This document shows, piece by piece, positions 13,372 through 26,594 of a DNA stretch of 64,000 nucleotides (the first letter of the stretch is position 1; the number at the start of each line of letters is the position of its first letter). The notes beneath the pieces were generated by a model that saw only the letters and a list, made by a program, of their open reading frames with translations, was not told where the DNA came from and made no database searches. A program made the translations under genes and the position numbers. Source of the stretch: Sarea resinae (taxonomy: Eukaryota); assembly GCA_026026165.1 (NCBI GenBank), contig JAPEUD010000063.1, positions 62,001-126,000 on the forward strand, given 5' to 3'.

Positions 13372-15120
13372 ATGCACACCTCGCAACAGAGCCAGGCCGA
13401 CAACGATGTGAACCAACCTATTCCTCCTATTCCTCTCACACCCCTCCCCAACAGCAATAATGGCTTCGATCACGACGAAGACGAAACCAAAGTCGAAGCT
13501 GAAGACCAACATTCGATGTCATCTTCCCCACCTCCCGGCAGCCGTAAGAAACAAGGATGGCGGTTCCATCTGATATTTGTTGCTCTCTGCCTAACCGTCT
13601 TCCTGGCCGCCCTCGATACGTCCATCATTTCGACCGCGCTGCCAACCATCGCCCGCGATCTCAATTCCGAGAAGCTGTATGTGTGGACGATCAACTCGTA
13701 CCTGCTGGCCTCATCGGCGGTTGAGCCGCAGTTCGGCCAGGCGGCCAACATCTTCGGCCGCCGCGTTCTCATGATCCTAGCCGTCTTGCTCTTCGCACTG
13801 GGAAGCGGCCTCTCGGGCGGCGCTTCGAGCACGGCAATGATGATTGCCGGCCGCACCCTGCAGGGAGTCGGAGGTGGTGGCATCAACACCATGGCAGAGA
13901 TCATCGTGTGCGATCTTGTCTCGCTCCGGGAACGAGGCAAGTATGTTGGCCTCATTGGCGCAGTGTGGGCAGTTGCGGCCGTTGTTGGCCCTGTCGTCGG
14001 CGGCGCATTCTCCCAGCACGTCACTTGGCGATGGGTCTTCTATATCAATCTGCCCTTGGTGGGCGTGTCGCTGGCACTGCTCATTCCCTTTCTCCAGCTC
14101 CGCTATAAGCGTGAAGGGTCTATCAGGGACCGGCTAGCGCGCATTGATTTCTTGGGGAATACCATCCTCGTGCTGTCGGTCATCGCCATCCTGTTGGCAC
14201 TGACGTGGGGAGGGACTGAGCATCCCTGGGCATCCTGGCGTACAATTGTTCCTCTGGTGCTCGGTGCAGTCGGCCTCGCTGCTTTCCTCTTTTACGAATC
14301 TACCCCGTTCTGCAAGGAACCCACGATGCCGATGCGGCTTTTCAGCAACCGCACATCCAGTGCAGCTTTTCTTATGAGTTTCATACACGGCATGCTACTC
14401 TACTGGTCCTGCTATTTCCTTCCCGTCTACTTTCAGGCCATCAAAGACGCGTCGCCGACCCGGTCAGGGGTCATGCTGTTCCCCATTGCGACAGTGACAG
14501 CGCCATTCGGTGTCATGGCTGGAATCCTCATCACTGTCACTGGGCATTACCGGGTGTTCCATTTCGTGGGATTCGGACTGATGACAATAGGTTTGGGCCT
14601 CTTCACCCTTCTAGACGTGCAGTCATCCACGGGATACTGGGTAGGCTTCCAAATAATATTCGGAGCGGGGACGGGCCTCGTCTTCACCAGCTGCCTGCCC
14701 ACTATCCTCGCCGCCCTCCCAGAGTCCGAGGTGGCGACTGCGACAGCAACCTGGACATTCCTGCGCAGCTTCGGCTCTGTGTGGGGAGTTGCGATTCCGT
14801 CAGCCATCTTCAACACGCGCGTCAATACCCTCGTCTCTAGGGTATCTTCTGGCAGCGTTCGCGCCGCGCTCGTCGACGGCGGCGCGTACGAACACGCCAC
14901 GGCTGCGTATATTCGTACGTTCGATGCCGATCCAGCCCTCAAGAGCACAGTCATGGGCATCTACGTAGATGCTCTGAAGACGGTCTGGCAGGCATCCATC
15001 GCCTTTGCCGGAGTCGGATTTCTCATTGCTCTCTTGGTCAAGCAACTCAAATTGCGGGAGGAGTTGAACACGGAGTTTGGTTTGGAGGTGAAGGAGGACG
15101 ACGGAAGCAGTGCGGATTGA
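13372..15120 (+). CDS. MFS drug:H+ antiporter (DHA2, 14-TMS) efflux pump, FUS6-like
   Basis: Intronless 582 aa. Motifs LAALDTSIISTALPTI, FGRR, GRTLQGVGGGG, WRWVFYINLP, IDFLG. Confidence 0.92.
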   Translation: MHTSQQSQADNDVNQPIPPIPLTPLPNSNNGFDHDEDETKVEAEDQHSMSSSPPPGSRKKQGWRFHLIFVALCLTVFLAALDTSIISTALPTIARDLNSEKLYVWTINSYLLASSAVEPQFGQAANIFGRRVLMILAVLLFALGSGLSGGASSTAMMIAGRTLQGVGGGGINTMAEIIVCDLVSLRERGKYVGLIGAVWAVAAVVGPVVGGAFSQHVTWRWVFYINLPLVGVSLALLIPFLQLRYKREGSIRDRLARIDFLGNTILVLSVIAILLALTWGGTEHPWASWRTIVPLVLGAVGLAAFLFYESTPFCKEPTMPMRLFSNRTSSAAFLMSFIHGMLLYWSCYFLPVYFQAIKDASPTRSGVMLFPIATVTAPFGVMAGILITVTGHYRVFHFVGFGLMTIGLGLFTLLDVQSSTGYWVGFQIIFGAGTGLVFTSCLPTILAALPESEVATATATWTFLRSFGSVWGVAIPSAIFNTRVNTLVSRVSSGSVRAALVDGGAYEHATAAYIRTFDADPALKSTVMGIYVDALKTVWQASIAFAGVGFLIALLVKQLKLREELNTEFGLEVKEDDGSSAD

Positions 15121-17246
15121 TCAATGGTACTCAGCGTAATTATGACGTCTGGAAGGAGAGCAACGCTACGTGTTCTCCTGTCCATATATATATTCTTACC
15201 GACCCCGACCGTAGAATCAATGCCCCTGACAACGATTGCCATCAAGAGTAGCTCAAGCTATTCGACTGTAAGTACGAAGCGTTCGTACTCTGACAGAACG
15301 CACAAGAGGAAGTATGAAGCAAATGAGCACAGGCCATCAAAACCTTTCCCCACTTCGCCCTCTTAGCTACGCAGTATGGCCCCTTACATGAAGCACTCTA
15401 TCGGGAGAGTTTGCATCCATCCCAAAAGATGCGACCCTGCCATCTCGAAAGCGTAAGAGTTGGAGTAGAAGCTTTGGAATAATAAAAAAAGATGTATCAA
15501 ATAATAACCTTTGAATCCTAACCATTATTCCCGTCTTAACAAGAACATAGAGACCCCCAGATACGAGTTGAGCACAGTAGAAGGTCGAAATCGCCAACGC
15601 CCTGCGGTAGGCCAGATTCGCCCCCCCCCCCTTTTGTTTCTTTCGACAGGTAGTAAGTCGGTGCTTTAAGAGGGTGAAAAGGCAATCGTGAGTGCTGGTA
15701 ATAGGCACAACAGTAACCAGCCGAGTCAAAAGACTACTATAACCCGCGGTCTTTTTGGCCCACGTAGGACTAGGTTTGCCCATTTACTGTCTACAGTACC
15801 TTACAAGAGAAGAAAACAAAGATTGATAGAGCTTTTATCAGTACTAACTCAACAAATATCTATAAATTTGTCAAACTATCTGAATCAAAAGGGGAAAAAA
15901 TAGTCTCTCTTACTATTCCTTTCAAGTAATTTCTTAAGGTAAACATAGGAGACAATTAACCTACCTTACCAACCTACCTACCTCACACTACAGCGAGAAA
16001 TAAACTAAAACAACAACCACATATCAACCTAAACCAATACTATGTAGGCCTTCCTAACTCTGCCTACCCAACCCCAATTCCCCCCCTCCTCCCACCAACA
16101 ACCCCAAATTCAGTCACCAAAGATTTCTCTCCTCTCTGGAGAGAGACCTAAAGACCTTCCTCCTCAAAGACCCCATCGGACGAGCCTTCGGAGCTCGCGC
16201 CGGGTCGGGCGTCGGGTCGGGTCGGGGTAGGGTAGCGGGCAACGGCGCGCCGGCGCGCGCGCGCGCATACTCTGCCTATCTAGGTAATTCGTGCTCTAAG
16301 CCGGAGGTAAGAAGAGTTCGTACTACTACTGCGCACGGTACTTCGAGTAAGGCCGTAGTAGCGGAACGGCCCTCCCCACCCCACCCCATCCCACCCCAAC
16401 CCAACCAGCCAACCACCAAGCCCCGAAGCCGAGCCCGCCAAGCCCGCCGAAGCGAGGAGGCGCCACCAGCGCGGGCGGCGTGTCGAGCCGCCTAGGTAGG
16501 TGAGGTAGGTACTCGGAGTAGAGTTAAGCCATGGTAGGGTCAGGGAAGGGGAGGGAAGGTAAGGTAACGACAACGACGGATCCATGATCTATCCATCCAT
16601 TACTACTACTGCACCACCAGGCTCGCTTGCTTGGTTTGCTTGCTTGCTGCATCGCGCACTGCCGGACTCGAAAGGGCTGGTCTCGCTCTACTACTCTAGG
16701 GTCTGGAAGAAAGAGGAAGGTGCTTGACCTTGTAGTTCGGTAAGATAGGCAGATTGCGGAGATGCTTTTTAGGAGGGCCGAGCGAGGGAGGGACGGATGC
16801 GAGGGTTGGACCGTGGAGAGAACAAGACGTTGTCAAGACCGTACGATTTGTGATATGGCACTCCGGCTTATACTCCGTACTTGATACCAAAGACCTGTTT
16901 GGTATTTTGAAGTTCTACCTATCGAGACTACTCCCTGTGCCTATCTAGCTCGCTATCATAAATCAAGATTTCGCTACCTATCCGCTTTGCTTCGCCTTGT
17001 GAATAAAACCTCAAACCCATGCTGTGATATCAGTGAGAGTAGAGAAAAACAAAGACGAAAAACGAAAGTGGAACAAGACAGAGTAGGAGACCGGCTACTC
17101 GAGGCAAAAACGGAAGAGCATTACCTAACGATAGACGATGAAGATCGAAAATTCCAGCTCACCACCCGTCCACGTGCCTCCTCTGCTTTTATCTCCCTCC
17201 TGTTTCCTCCGACACATTTTGGACCCACCACCGCCTCGGTAAGAGT

Positions 17247-18295
17247 TCAAGTCCCCAAGATGGGACCCCAAACCTTCTGCAACCAGCTGCTAAAGCTCTC
17301 CGTGGTAATAGGTACCATGAGGTTCATATTCGGATTGCCAAAATCGAAACGACCCTCGGCGGTAGCAATCAGATGATGCAAGCGATACTGCCACGCGACG
17401 TCCTGGTTGGCTCTCGCATAGGTGAGCTCCGATTGCAGGGCGCCAGAGGGGTAAACCGCGGTTTGAAACGCTGGACCGCCTAGGACTGCGTTAGTAGAGT
17501 AGCGCGAAGCTAAGTTAAGCGCGGGGCAGTGCCCAATGAGGAAAGGTGCACCTACCCCTGAGAGCCTGCCCCTTCTGCACGACATCGCTCACGCTCAACC
17601 TCTCGCCACACATCCGCAACTCTGCCGGCCACTGCGGCAGATCAAGCGCAGCGACGACGAATCGGGCGACATCATTCACGGAGGTCATGCAAATACGCAC
17701 GAACTGGCCCGACGCATTGTGATTCGGTATGTTCGCTTTCCGATTGCGAATGTCCATGATATAGTCACCTTCCCCTCTGCAACCTGACCCAGCTCCAATA
17801 CCGTAAGCTGCAAGCCCCCCTGGACCGAAGCGCTCATAGAAGATTCCGCAGACGAAGACGGTGGATTGCAAACCATATTGACGCCAGTGCTGAAGGCGCG
17901 CTAACGCGGCCGCCTTGCCGCGATCTAAAGGGCTCCCTGGTGGTCTCGAGTATGGCGACCCCTCAAACTCAGACGGCGCAAAGCGTGAGACGCGGGCATA
18001 GACTGCGGCGTCGATAAGGTAGATTTGAGGATTTCCTGAGATGGTAGAAATCACCACATCGATGCCGGCTAATGCAAATCGGAGCGAGTTCTGGCTGTTA
18101 TAGTCCACGACGATGACCTGGTATCCTTTTTGGGTGAGGGCCGGTTTGGGCTAGAGAACATTAGAGTGGCTCCCTGGAGACCACGGAGATACTCACCGAT
18201 CTGGATAGCATGATGAAGTGATGTGATGTGCACGCGTGAATATGATGCGCCATGTATTGGGCAAGCCCGTTAGTCCCAGCTATTGCGACCTTCAT
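17247..18295 (-). CDS. NmrA / isoflavone-reductase-like NAD(P)-binding protein
   Basis: MKVAIAGTNGLA start, introns about 18196-18151 and 17555-17480. Motifs GIDVVIST, LIDAA, RFAPSEF, CGIFYE, DVARFVVAALD. Confidence 0.85.
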
Positions 18296-20562
18296 GATGC
18301 TTCCTTGTGAACTGGAAAGACTGGTTTGTTTCAGAGTTCCTGATACAGGTTCGAGCTTTGAGTTCCTTTTATCTTGCGACGAAGCCATTTGGGGCTCTCG
18401 ACAATGGACAGGTAACGGAAGTTGTTGACTAAACGGATCAGGAACGCTTTCAACGACGCGTTACACTGAGGCTTAGGGATTAGAAGATGCGTGAGACGCC
18501 GAATTGACAGAGACAAGCTGAATGAGATGACTGAAGGCAGAATGATCCCGCAGTGTTTCTTGCAGATGTATGTCATAGGACTCAAATCTGTCCATAAAAA
18601 GAGCACAAATATCAGAACAACCACGAGAACGAAGGCTGACAGAACGAAGTTCGCCAATGATAATGGAAAGCAGTGTATACTAATCAGCTTGATCGATTAA
18701 ACGGTCTCGACGGCAGCGGAAAGCCGCTATGACAGTATGTGCTACAGGCGCTTCTGGCACTGCCTATTCTGCCACTCAAAAAACTAGTGAGGCTCTAGAC
18801 CCCCAATGAATGCGTTTCGATTGCATCCAGTAATGCCATCGGATGCGACTCCGACAGCTGCAGTCTAGCGTCAGCTGCTAGCCCTAGGAGGGGTTCGCCA
18901 GTGACGCAAAGGAGGACCGGTGGGGGCCCTAGGGGCGAGTACGATTAGAGTATCAGGCATGGTTGTATACTGTGCAACTGGCCTAAGCATGACATTAAAT
19001 CCGAATTAAACGACGGCCCATGAGAAATACCGGCGCCGGTGGGCCCGGGGCATTCAGCCACCGAGTTCATGGTTTGATCAGATGCACGGAGCCGGACACT
19101 TTCTCTTGCAGATCAAATGTCTAGCCCTATGACCCAGGAGGTAAGGATATACCAGTGACCCAAGGATGTGGCATCCGGTACAATAAGATCGGGTGGGATG
19201 AAAGAAGCCCCCAATAAATATAAAACGATAGAGATTCCAAGGTGAGGGTATCAAAAAGGGTGGCCGCCAGGAAACAGGATCCTTACCGCTGCCATGGTTC
19301 TTCGCACGGACAGGGGTCAACCTTGAACCAACAAGGGTCTTGCGGCACGGCATTGCTGCAGCCTTATCGAGATACTCTCGTAAAGAGGTAGATCTTCCAG
19401 CAGAAGCTTTGATGCATCCTAGCATTTGGGACTGTTTCGTGTTCTGAGCGGTTCTCAGGTGGTTGATTGATACTATTGGACCTTGTCCACTGAAGTGACT
19501 TGATCTATGGGAGTCGTAAGCACTTTGGAATCGTACGACTCCCGCAAAGCTCATTCAACGTCGGGTATGACTGTTGCTGGAAGCCCTGGGGTGCTTTCCT
19601 CTGCCTGACTCCACATCAGCCATATCCACATCAGCCATATCGTTGACGGCCATGATCGGCGTAGACTATCGGAACGGTGTGAGTAGATACTACGCTCAAG
19701 CGACAACAATAACAATGACACAAATGGCGTGGCCGACACGGTTGAAGTCTTCGGATCAAAGCTCTGATCCCTAAGTCCACCCTTGGATGAGCAAGGGGGA
19801 TGATGCGGTAGCGGTGTGGAGGCTTCATGTGCACCACGGCCCCCTCGGCCCCCACAGCAGAGACCGTGCACTGATTTGCGGAGTTCAGCTGCATGCATGG
19901 GATCGTCGCTGGTCGCCTAAGTTGCAGTACGAAACCATGTACGAGTAAATAGAACGTGGCTATGCATGCTCACGCCTTCGCCACGCCGACCCAGAGATGG
20001 GATGCAGGCCGCCACTTCGCAAAGTGTGCCGAAAGGAGACCTGAGAGACGAATATCTAATCCGGATCTATGAGTGCGATGGCTGATAATTCCGAAGTAAT
20101 TGGGTCGGGACGGACATGGAACGAGGGTGCGCTCCTCGGGCGTTGTTGTTGAGGGATTGATCTGCTCTCGTCCCATCCGTTTGTTGATTGATGATATATT
20201 ACGGTAGAGGAGACGACCAAGAATGGCAAATGCCATACGGGCTTCGAGTTCGACCATGACCGTCGGCTCCGCGGCCTCCTGGTCCCGTGACTTTCGTGTT
20301 TCTGGCCGTTGCGCGCGACTGTGTACTGCGGTACCGATGCGCGTTTCCCAATGTCTCCCCGCTTGTCTCGCAGACCGCTCCAATCATGGTCTAACAACGC
20401 GACGCTCCAACTGACTGATGCACGTCTGAACCCACCGCGAGCCTCAACCTCCAGGCTCTCCGTCCATGCAGTCTTAGCAGCGTTGACCGAGCTCGAGACA
20501 CTTGTCTACTCTACCTTCGTTTTGAGAACCACACTGGATCTATTCCTGTCTTTTATGCAGTG

Positions 20563-22483
20563 ATGAGCAATCACCATCCTGTCTCGTCCTCACCGGACCC
20601 GTCTACCGTCAACAACAGTCAGGTCGAATCAGCATCATCTAGCAGCTATGCATTTCTAGTCCATTCGCAGCATACGCTCCCTCATAATCTACCTCCAAAT
20701 GTCGATAATAAACCTCTAGCACGCCAAAAGCGTCGCCGCACAAGGTACGGCATATACCCTTTGAGGCGGCATCTCAGAGACTCCACAAGTGCTTCTCGCG
20801 TGACCAACTGAATGTTAACTTAGTGCAGTCCCGAAGACCAGGCGATTCTTGAGGCAGAATATCAACGAAATCCAAAGCCAGACAAGGCAGCACGCATCAG
20901 TATCGTTAACCGGGTAGCACTTGGGGAAAAAGAAGTCCAGGTAGGCGCGTCTCAATCAGTGCTCAAAGTTCGTGCTGATTGGGAGGTAGATATGGTTTCA
21001 GAATAGAAGACAGAACACGCGTCGAAAATCACGACCACTCATGTCTCACGAATTATGGCCGTCGACTGGTGGAGAGTCAGACGGTCAAAGCATCATAGCA
21101 TCCAATCCATCTTCGGATGACGCCGAGCACAACGCCTTTTCTGATAGCTCGCAGGGGAGTGTAGCTGTACCCTGTTCATCGGCAGTGGATGCTATTGAAG
21201 GACAAAGCTCGCAGGATGGTGCATTGTCTTCACAAGATCACTCCGTCAGCAAATCTCTCGAATGCGACATTTCCACGTCAACAATAATCAAACCCGTCAG
21301 TTCGCAGTTGAGCATTCCGTCTTCTCAACCCTCAGAACAAGAAACACGCTCGTCGCAAACCTCAACTGGGCGTTTTCCCTCCTTCACTTCCTCCCAGGGC
21401 AGTCTACGGCCTACCATAGACGAAATGGGATATCTATCGAACCGTCGCCACGTACAACATCTTACTGAGCAAGGAAGCTTTTCGTCGACTTTGCCCGTCA
21501 AGTTCTCAACCTCGAGCACGGGAGATGGAACTTCATATCCTCCAAAGGACGGACAAGGCCGTTCGCTGAAGCGAACGTCATCTCAAGTCAGATTATCCCT
21601 ATCGCTAGACGGGAAAGCCGAGGTCGTTGCAGATGGCGGCAGCTCCCCTCCTCATAGTCAACCTTGCCCTTCAAGTGCGCCAGTGGGACCCATTCGTAGT
21701 CTCCAGAGAAGCTACAGTGACGCCAGCACTCGAGACTCTGCTAATTTTCTGAACCCTGTTCCCTGGCCACGCCGGGCTACGAGTGGGCGATCTCGTGACT
21801 CGCGAACATGGGAGTTCTATTGCGATAGCGACGCCCGTAACTCTCTAACTGCAAAAGCCGAAGAGGAACAAAGCGGGTCGGCAGTGAGCGCTATTGGTCT
21901 TCTTAGATCTCGAAATAGCAATCTTCTTTCGCAGAACAAGAATAAACGCAATGCTCTACTGTCAAGACCGGAGTCTGCTAAACGGGTCAAATCTACCCAT
22001 CAAGGAGACAGGAAGAAGCTTGCGCGGTCATCATCCTCGGCAGGCCGTCTTCAAGCGGGATCCGAGACCGTCAAGCCTGGGGCCATGAAAGTAACAGGCA
22101 AAAACCCGAAAAGCTGCTCCCAGCCAACGCGGGGTCCGTCGCCATCTGGGGATTCCGACAAGGAGAATTGGCTACCGGGGACACACACTGCCGGAATGCA
22201 TCGCCGGGATCACCAGCGACATCATGTCGAGCAGCAAATACAACATGGGGTTCTCAAGGACAACGACCATATTCCGAGTCATAGCAACAGTTTGGAGGCA
22301 GCCCTTGGTCCATCGAGAAGGAGGGTGGCCCGTCATCGCAGCAAGGCTCACTCGGACATTCCGATTTGGGAAGAGAACGAAGAGGTCGCGGATGTCATGG
22401 CGGGATCTCCCGTACAACGAGAAGAAGAGGACCTGGACTGCGTGCAAAACCTTCTTTCGCTCAGTCAAGGGAATTGGCGATGA
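20563..22483 (+). CDS. Homeobox transcription factor (Yox1/Yhp1-like)
   Basis: Spliced homeodomain ARQKRRRT|SPEDQAILEAEYQRNPKPDKAARISIVNRVALGEKEVQ|IWFQNRRQ across two introns. Conserved RTWEFYCD and C-terminal DCVQNLLSLSQGNW. Confidence 0.9.
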
Positions 22484-23049
22484 TATTCATTTTGGGCGCA
22501 ACGGTTAGATAGATGATGCAGGTTGGGATACTGGACGATAGGGTCACCCGAGAGAGCTGTCTGAACCGCTCCATTTGACTTCATGTACGGAATAGCAAAG
22601 ATTTGATGCCGTTACACTGATCACGCCGAGAGAGTCTTCGGCGGGGCTCGATGCCATTGGTGGGCGTGCTTCCTTGCCCGTGATTTGCCAAGAATCCATG
22701 TCCGATGTCATGGTGAGCTGGAGAGCTCGCTCGTCCGTGGTCTCTGGCTGAACAGCTTAGTGCCTGCCGTATTCCGATACGATAGATCTCGTACGGAGTC
22801 GCAGGAAACCCGAGTACTGAAGTACTTTGTACGTAGGCGAAAGCATACGTAGTACGTAGTAGATATTACCAGGTCGAAGTCACCCATGCATGAAAGCCGT
22901 TGTGATACCACGAATCCGCATTGGAGCCGGTCCCTCGTGCGCCTCATGGCGAGGGTGGATTCGTGCCTGATTGGGTCTCGGTGGGCATGCCTTCCATTCC
23001 TGGGAGTCCACCGCAGCCTCATCATACTAAGGTATGAGAGTCAAGGCAA

Positions 23050-23090
23050 GGCGAAGAGGGGCGAAGAGAGGCGAAGAGAGGCGAAGAGAG
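23050..23090 (+). repeat. 10-bp tandem repeat (GGCGAAGAGA)x4
   Basis: Read directly, one unit has a mismatch. Confidence 0.85.
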
Positions 23091-24093
23091 AGACGTGGGA
23101 TGCCAGTACACGAGCCTCGGCGGCAGTACTCAGTACGGTGGAGGATGGAGTCTCTCATACCTCGGCAAGGGTATCTGTCGTCGTCTGCATCCCCTGTCTG
23201 CTGCCCACATCCACGCATGGATACCTAGGTAGGTAGTAGTACTTCGTACTCCTTCGTACTTCGTGTTCTCGTGGTCCGCGGCTCATCTATCGAGAATGCG
23301 ATAGGCATTGATTTGGCCGTGGATTGTTGATCTCCAGCGGACTCCCTATGCCGTGCGTGATGACTCCCCAGGTAATTCCCCCCCAGGTAATTCCCCAGGT
23401 GTTTCCCTGCGCGATCCAGTACTATGTGCTCTCCCGCGCCAGGTAGAGTAGGATCAGTAGAGTAGTCGAGTAGACTATCGAAGCGTCGACGCCTGATGGC
23501 TCTCTGTTGACTCAGATGTCCGTTTCCGATTATCTCGCTCACCGTCACTCGCAGCCGAGGGGCACCTTAGTCTCGCTGTTCAACGTTACAGACCCTCTTT
23601 GTTCTCGAAGTCAGCGCTGCATCGCTGGAGTCTAATCCGCCTTACTTGCTCCCTATCAAGAGACGCCACCTGGGACGAACCACTCGCCATCTCCAGGGAC
23701 CCCCATCCGACTTGCACATATAAGCGGTGAGCTGCACCTTCATCTGTCCCTCGCGACTTCTTCATTTCTGCCTTGGCCGTTGCTTCATACCCTCTCGCCT
23801 CTTGCCTCCTGCCTCCTGCCTCTGGCCTCCTGATCCATTCACCCACCAGGACAGGCTCTGCCGTTCAGCTTCACCTGTCGAATGCTTCTCCTCTCTCCAC
23901 CAGAGTCGAGCGTGCATTGGGGGTACTCGAGTGGCCTTTGTAGCATGATGTTATGCTGTGATATATGGAACCGTCATCAATCCCCATGCCACTATTCGTT
24001 CACCTTCGAGACCACCATACACCATATCTACGTCCATTTCACTTTCAAGTCTCGGGAGAGAGAGGATATCTGATTTCGCCTTCTTGAATCGCC

Positions 24094-24190
24094 ATGGAGC
24101 GTGCAACTAATTGCTCGCCAGACCGCAAGAACGGCATGTCTCGCATAGAGCGTGATCTATCAAATAGTCCACATCATCTTCGCTCGAAGA

Positions 24191-24222
<32 letters not shown>

Positions 24223-26066
24223 CACGGCGACGCGAAAATCAACGGCTCGGCCATGTTGCGTCGTGCACTTCCCAGTGGGAGGAAACCCCATGTGTGCATT
24301 GTTGGTGCCGGTATGGCTGGCCTTCGAGCTGCCGATGTCCTGACCCAGCATGGCATTACATGTACCATCATCGAAGCCCGTGACCGGATTGGTGGTCGAG
24401 TGAGTTTTGTAGATCATATCCCAAGGGCACTGGTACTGACCATGACCAGGTTCACCAAGGCGAAAACCTCGGCCATTCTGTCGATCTGTGGGTTGGACGC
24501 CACGCCATTGAGCTTCCTTGATCCAGCTAACTCCGTCTCAGAGGACCCAATTGGATTCATGGCACGGATAACAACCCATTCATGGATCTAGCCAAAGAGA
24601 CGAACACGACGCTTCACTCGTTCGAAGAGAGACAAGCTGTATACGACGAGAATGGACGACTGTTCGACAGCGCCAAATCAGACAAATACTCCGACCTCGT
24701 ATGGAGCATCATCGCCGATGCCCTCCAGCACAGCAACGACCATTCTGCCAAGATCAACCCATCTGAGAGCTTGATGGACTTCTTTCGAAAAAAGGTCCGT
24801 GAGAAATTTAGCGAAGATTGGGATCACACAGGTAAGGACATGGCGCCGAAGGAAGCCAAGTACGAGCAGGATACTATACTGCAGATGGCGGAGACGTGGG
24901 GTGCTTTTGTTGGCGGCACGATTGAAAGGCAAAGTCTCAAGTTCCTCTGGATGGAAGAGTGTATCGAAGGAGAGAATCTCTTTGTTGCGGGTACTTATGC
25001 GGCAATGCTCCAAAAAGTGGCCGAGCCTGTCCTGACCAAAGCAAATATCGAACTGGGCACGAGGGTTGTGTCCGTCGAGTCGAATCTAGGCCACACCAAT
25101 CCGGGCGTCGTTGTCAGAACAGCGGATGGTGCAACGCAGACATTCGACGAGGTGATCATGACGACGCCTCTCGGATGGCTGAAAAAGAACAAATCGGCTT
25201 TTAGGCCTGCATTACCTTTCCGCCTCTGTCAAGCCATCGACTCAATATCCTACGGGCATCTCGAGAAGGTGAATATCTTTGAAAAGAAACGAAAGGGCCT
25301 TTTCCTAACGAGATGCAATTGATAGGTCTACATCACCTTTCCTTCCGCCTTCTGGGACACCGACACGGCATTGAGCCGAACAGCCTCGGAAGATTCGCAC
25401 CACCCTGTTGACCCGCGAAATCCTAACCCCACGCTCATCCGCCCTATGTCCCCGTCCACCAGCTCGACGAAATGGCCTGGGTTTACGCATTTCCTTCATC
25501 CTCTCTACGCGCCCCCCTCCACGAATCCATCAACTGCCAACCAAGAAGCAGTCTCCCTTTCTTCTCTCCCAGGATCTACAGCGCACCCTACACTCCTGTT
25601 CTACCTTTACCCTCCAACATCCCTACACATCTCCTCCCTCCTCACGAGTACCCCACCTGGCGAGCCCCTCAGAGAGGCTCTCAATTCCTTCCTCCACCCA
25701 TACTACTCGCGCCTGCCCAACTACAACGCTGAATCTGCCGACTGCACTCCGCTCGCCTTCGAGGCCACCAATTGGACCGCCGATGATCTCGCCGGCAACG
25801 GCTCCTACTGTAACTTCGAAACCGGGCTCGAAAAGGGAGACGAGGACGTCGAGGTCATGCGCGAAGGCCTGCCCGAGCGCGGCGTCTGGCTCGCCGGCGA
25901 GCATACCGCGCCCTTTGTCGGAATCGGCACCGTGACCGGCGCGTATTGGAGTGGCGAGGGCGTGGCCCGGAGGATCGTGGGTGCGTATGCGGCTGGGGCT
26001 GATGGTGGAGGCGATGAGGATAGAGTGCTTGATGGAGAGGTGCCGAGGAATGGTAGCAGCGTGTGA
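24094..26066 (+). CDS. Flavin-containing amine oxidase (polyamine oxidase-like)
   Basis: Motifs GAGMAGL, EARDRIGGR, spliced GPNWIHG, TTPLGWLK, YGHLEK|VY, GSY, LAGEHT, TVTGAY. Three introns. Confidence 0.9.
24192..24229 (+). repeat. (AACGGC)n coding hexamer repeat (Asn-Gly)
   Basis: Encodes NGNGNGNGNGHG in the amine oxidase N-terminus. Confidence 0.85.
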
Positions 26067-26594
26067 TGGCTGGCTCTTCGGTCATGGATGTGGTCTTGCC
26101 TTGATGGGGAAATTTTGGGTGGCGTGGCAGATGGACGGATGGTGTGATGGACGGCTCTTCAAGTGGTTTTTTCCTCCTGCATTTCACTCTCTGCTTGTGT
26201 CTTCTTTTCGACTTGTCCTGGCAGTCAGTGGCGGAGCGGAGCATCAGTATCAGTATCAGCGTCAGCATTAGCATCAGTTCAATAGCAGCAACGGCAACGG
26301 CAATGGTGGTACATTGGCAATTGGCACATTTAATCATATTCTATAATACATGCATCTCCGACAGACAGACATACAGACAGACAGACAAAACATCACTTAC
26401 GCACTGACTCTTGAAACGGGCAGTAATCTACACAGGCACACGCGACACTCTGGATCATTGGTCTTTCCCCCTCTCCTCTGCACGCCCCCCTTTTTTGTAG
26501 TCCCGGTTCGAACGAGCGGGATTAGTCCGACGTTGGGGGACGGGGGCGGGGGTCATTTATGTGAGATGTGAGAAATGAGGTGGGGTACAAAGGC

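Noticed and set aside
19078..19554. 158-aa - strand ORF
   Set aside because: No recognisable motif, codon bias or splice structure.
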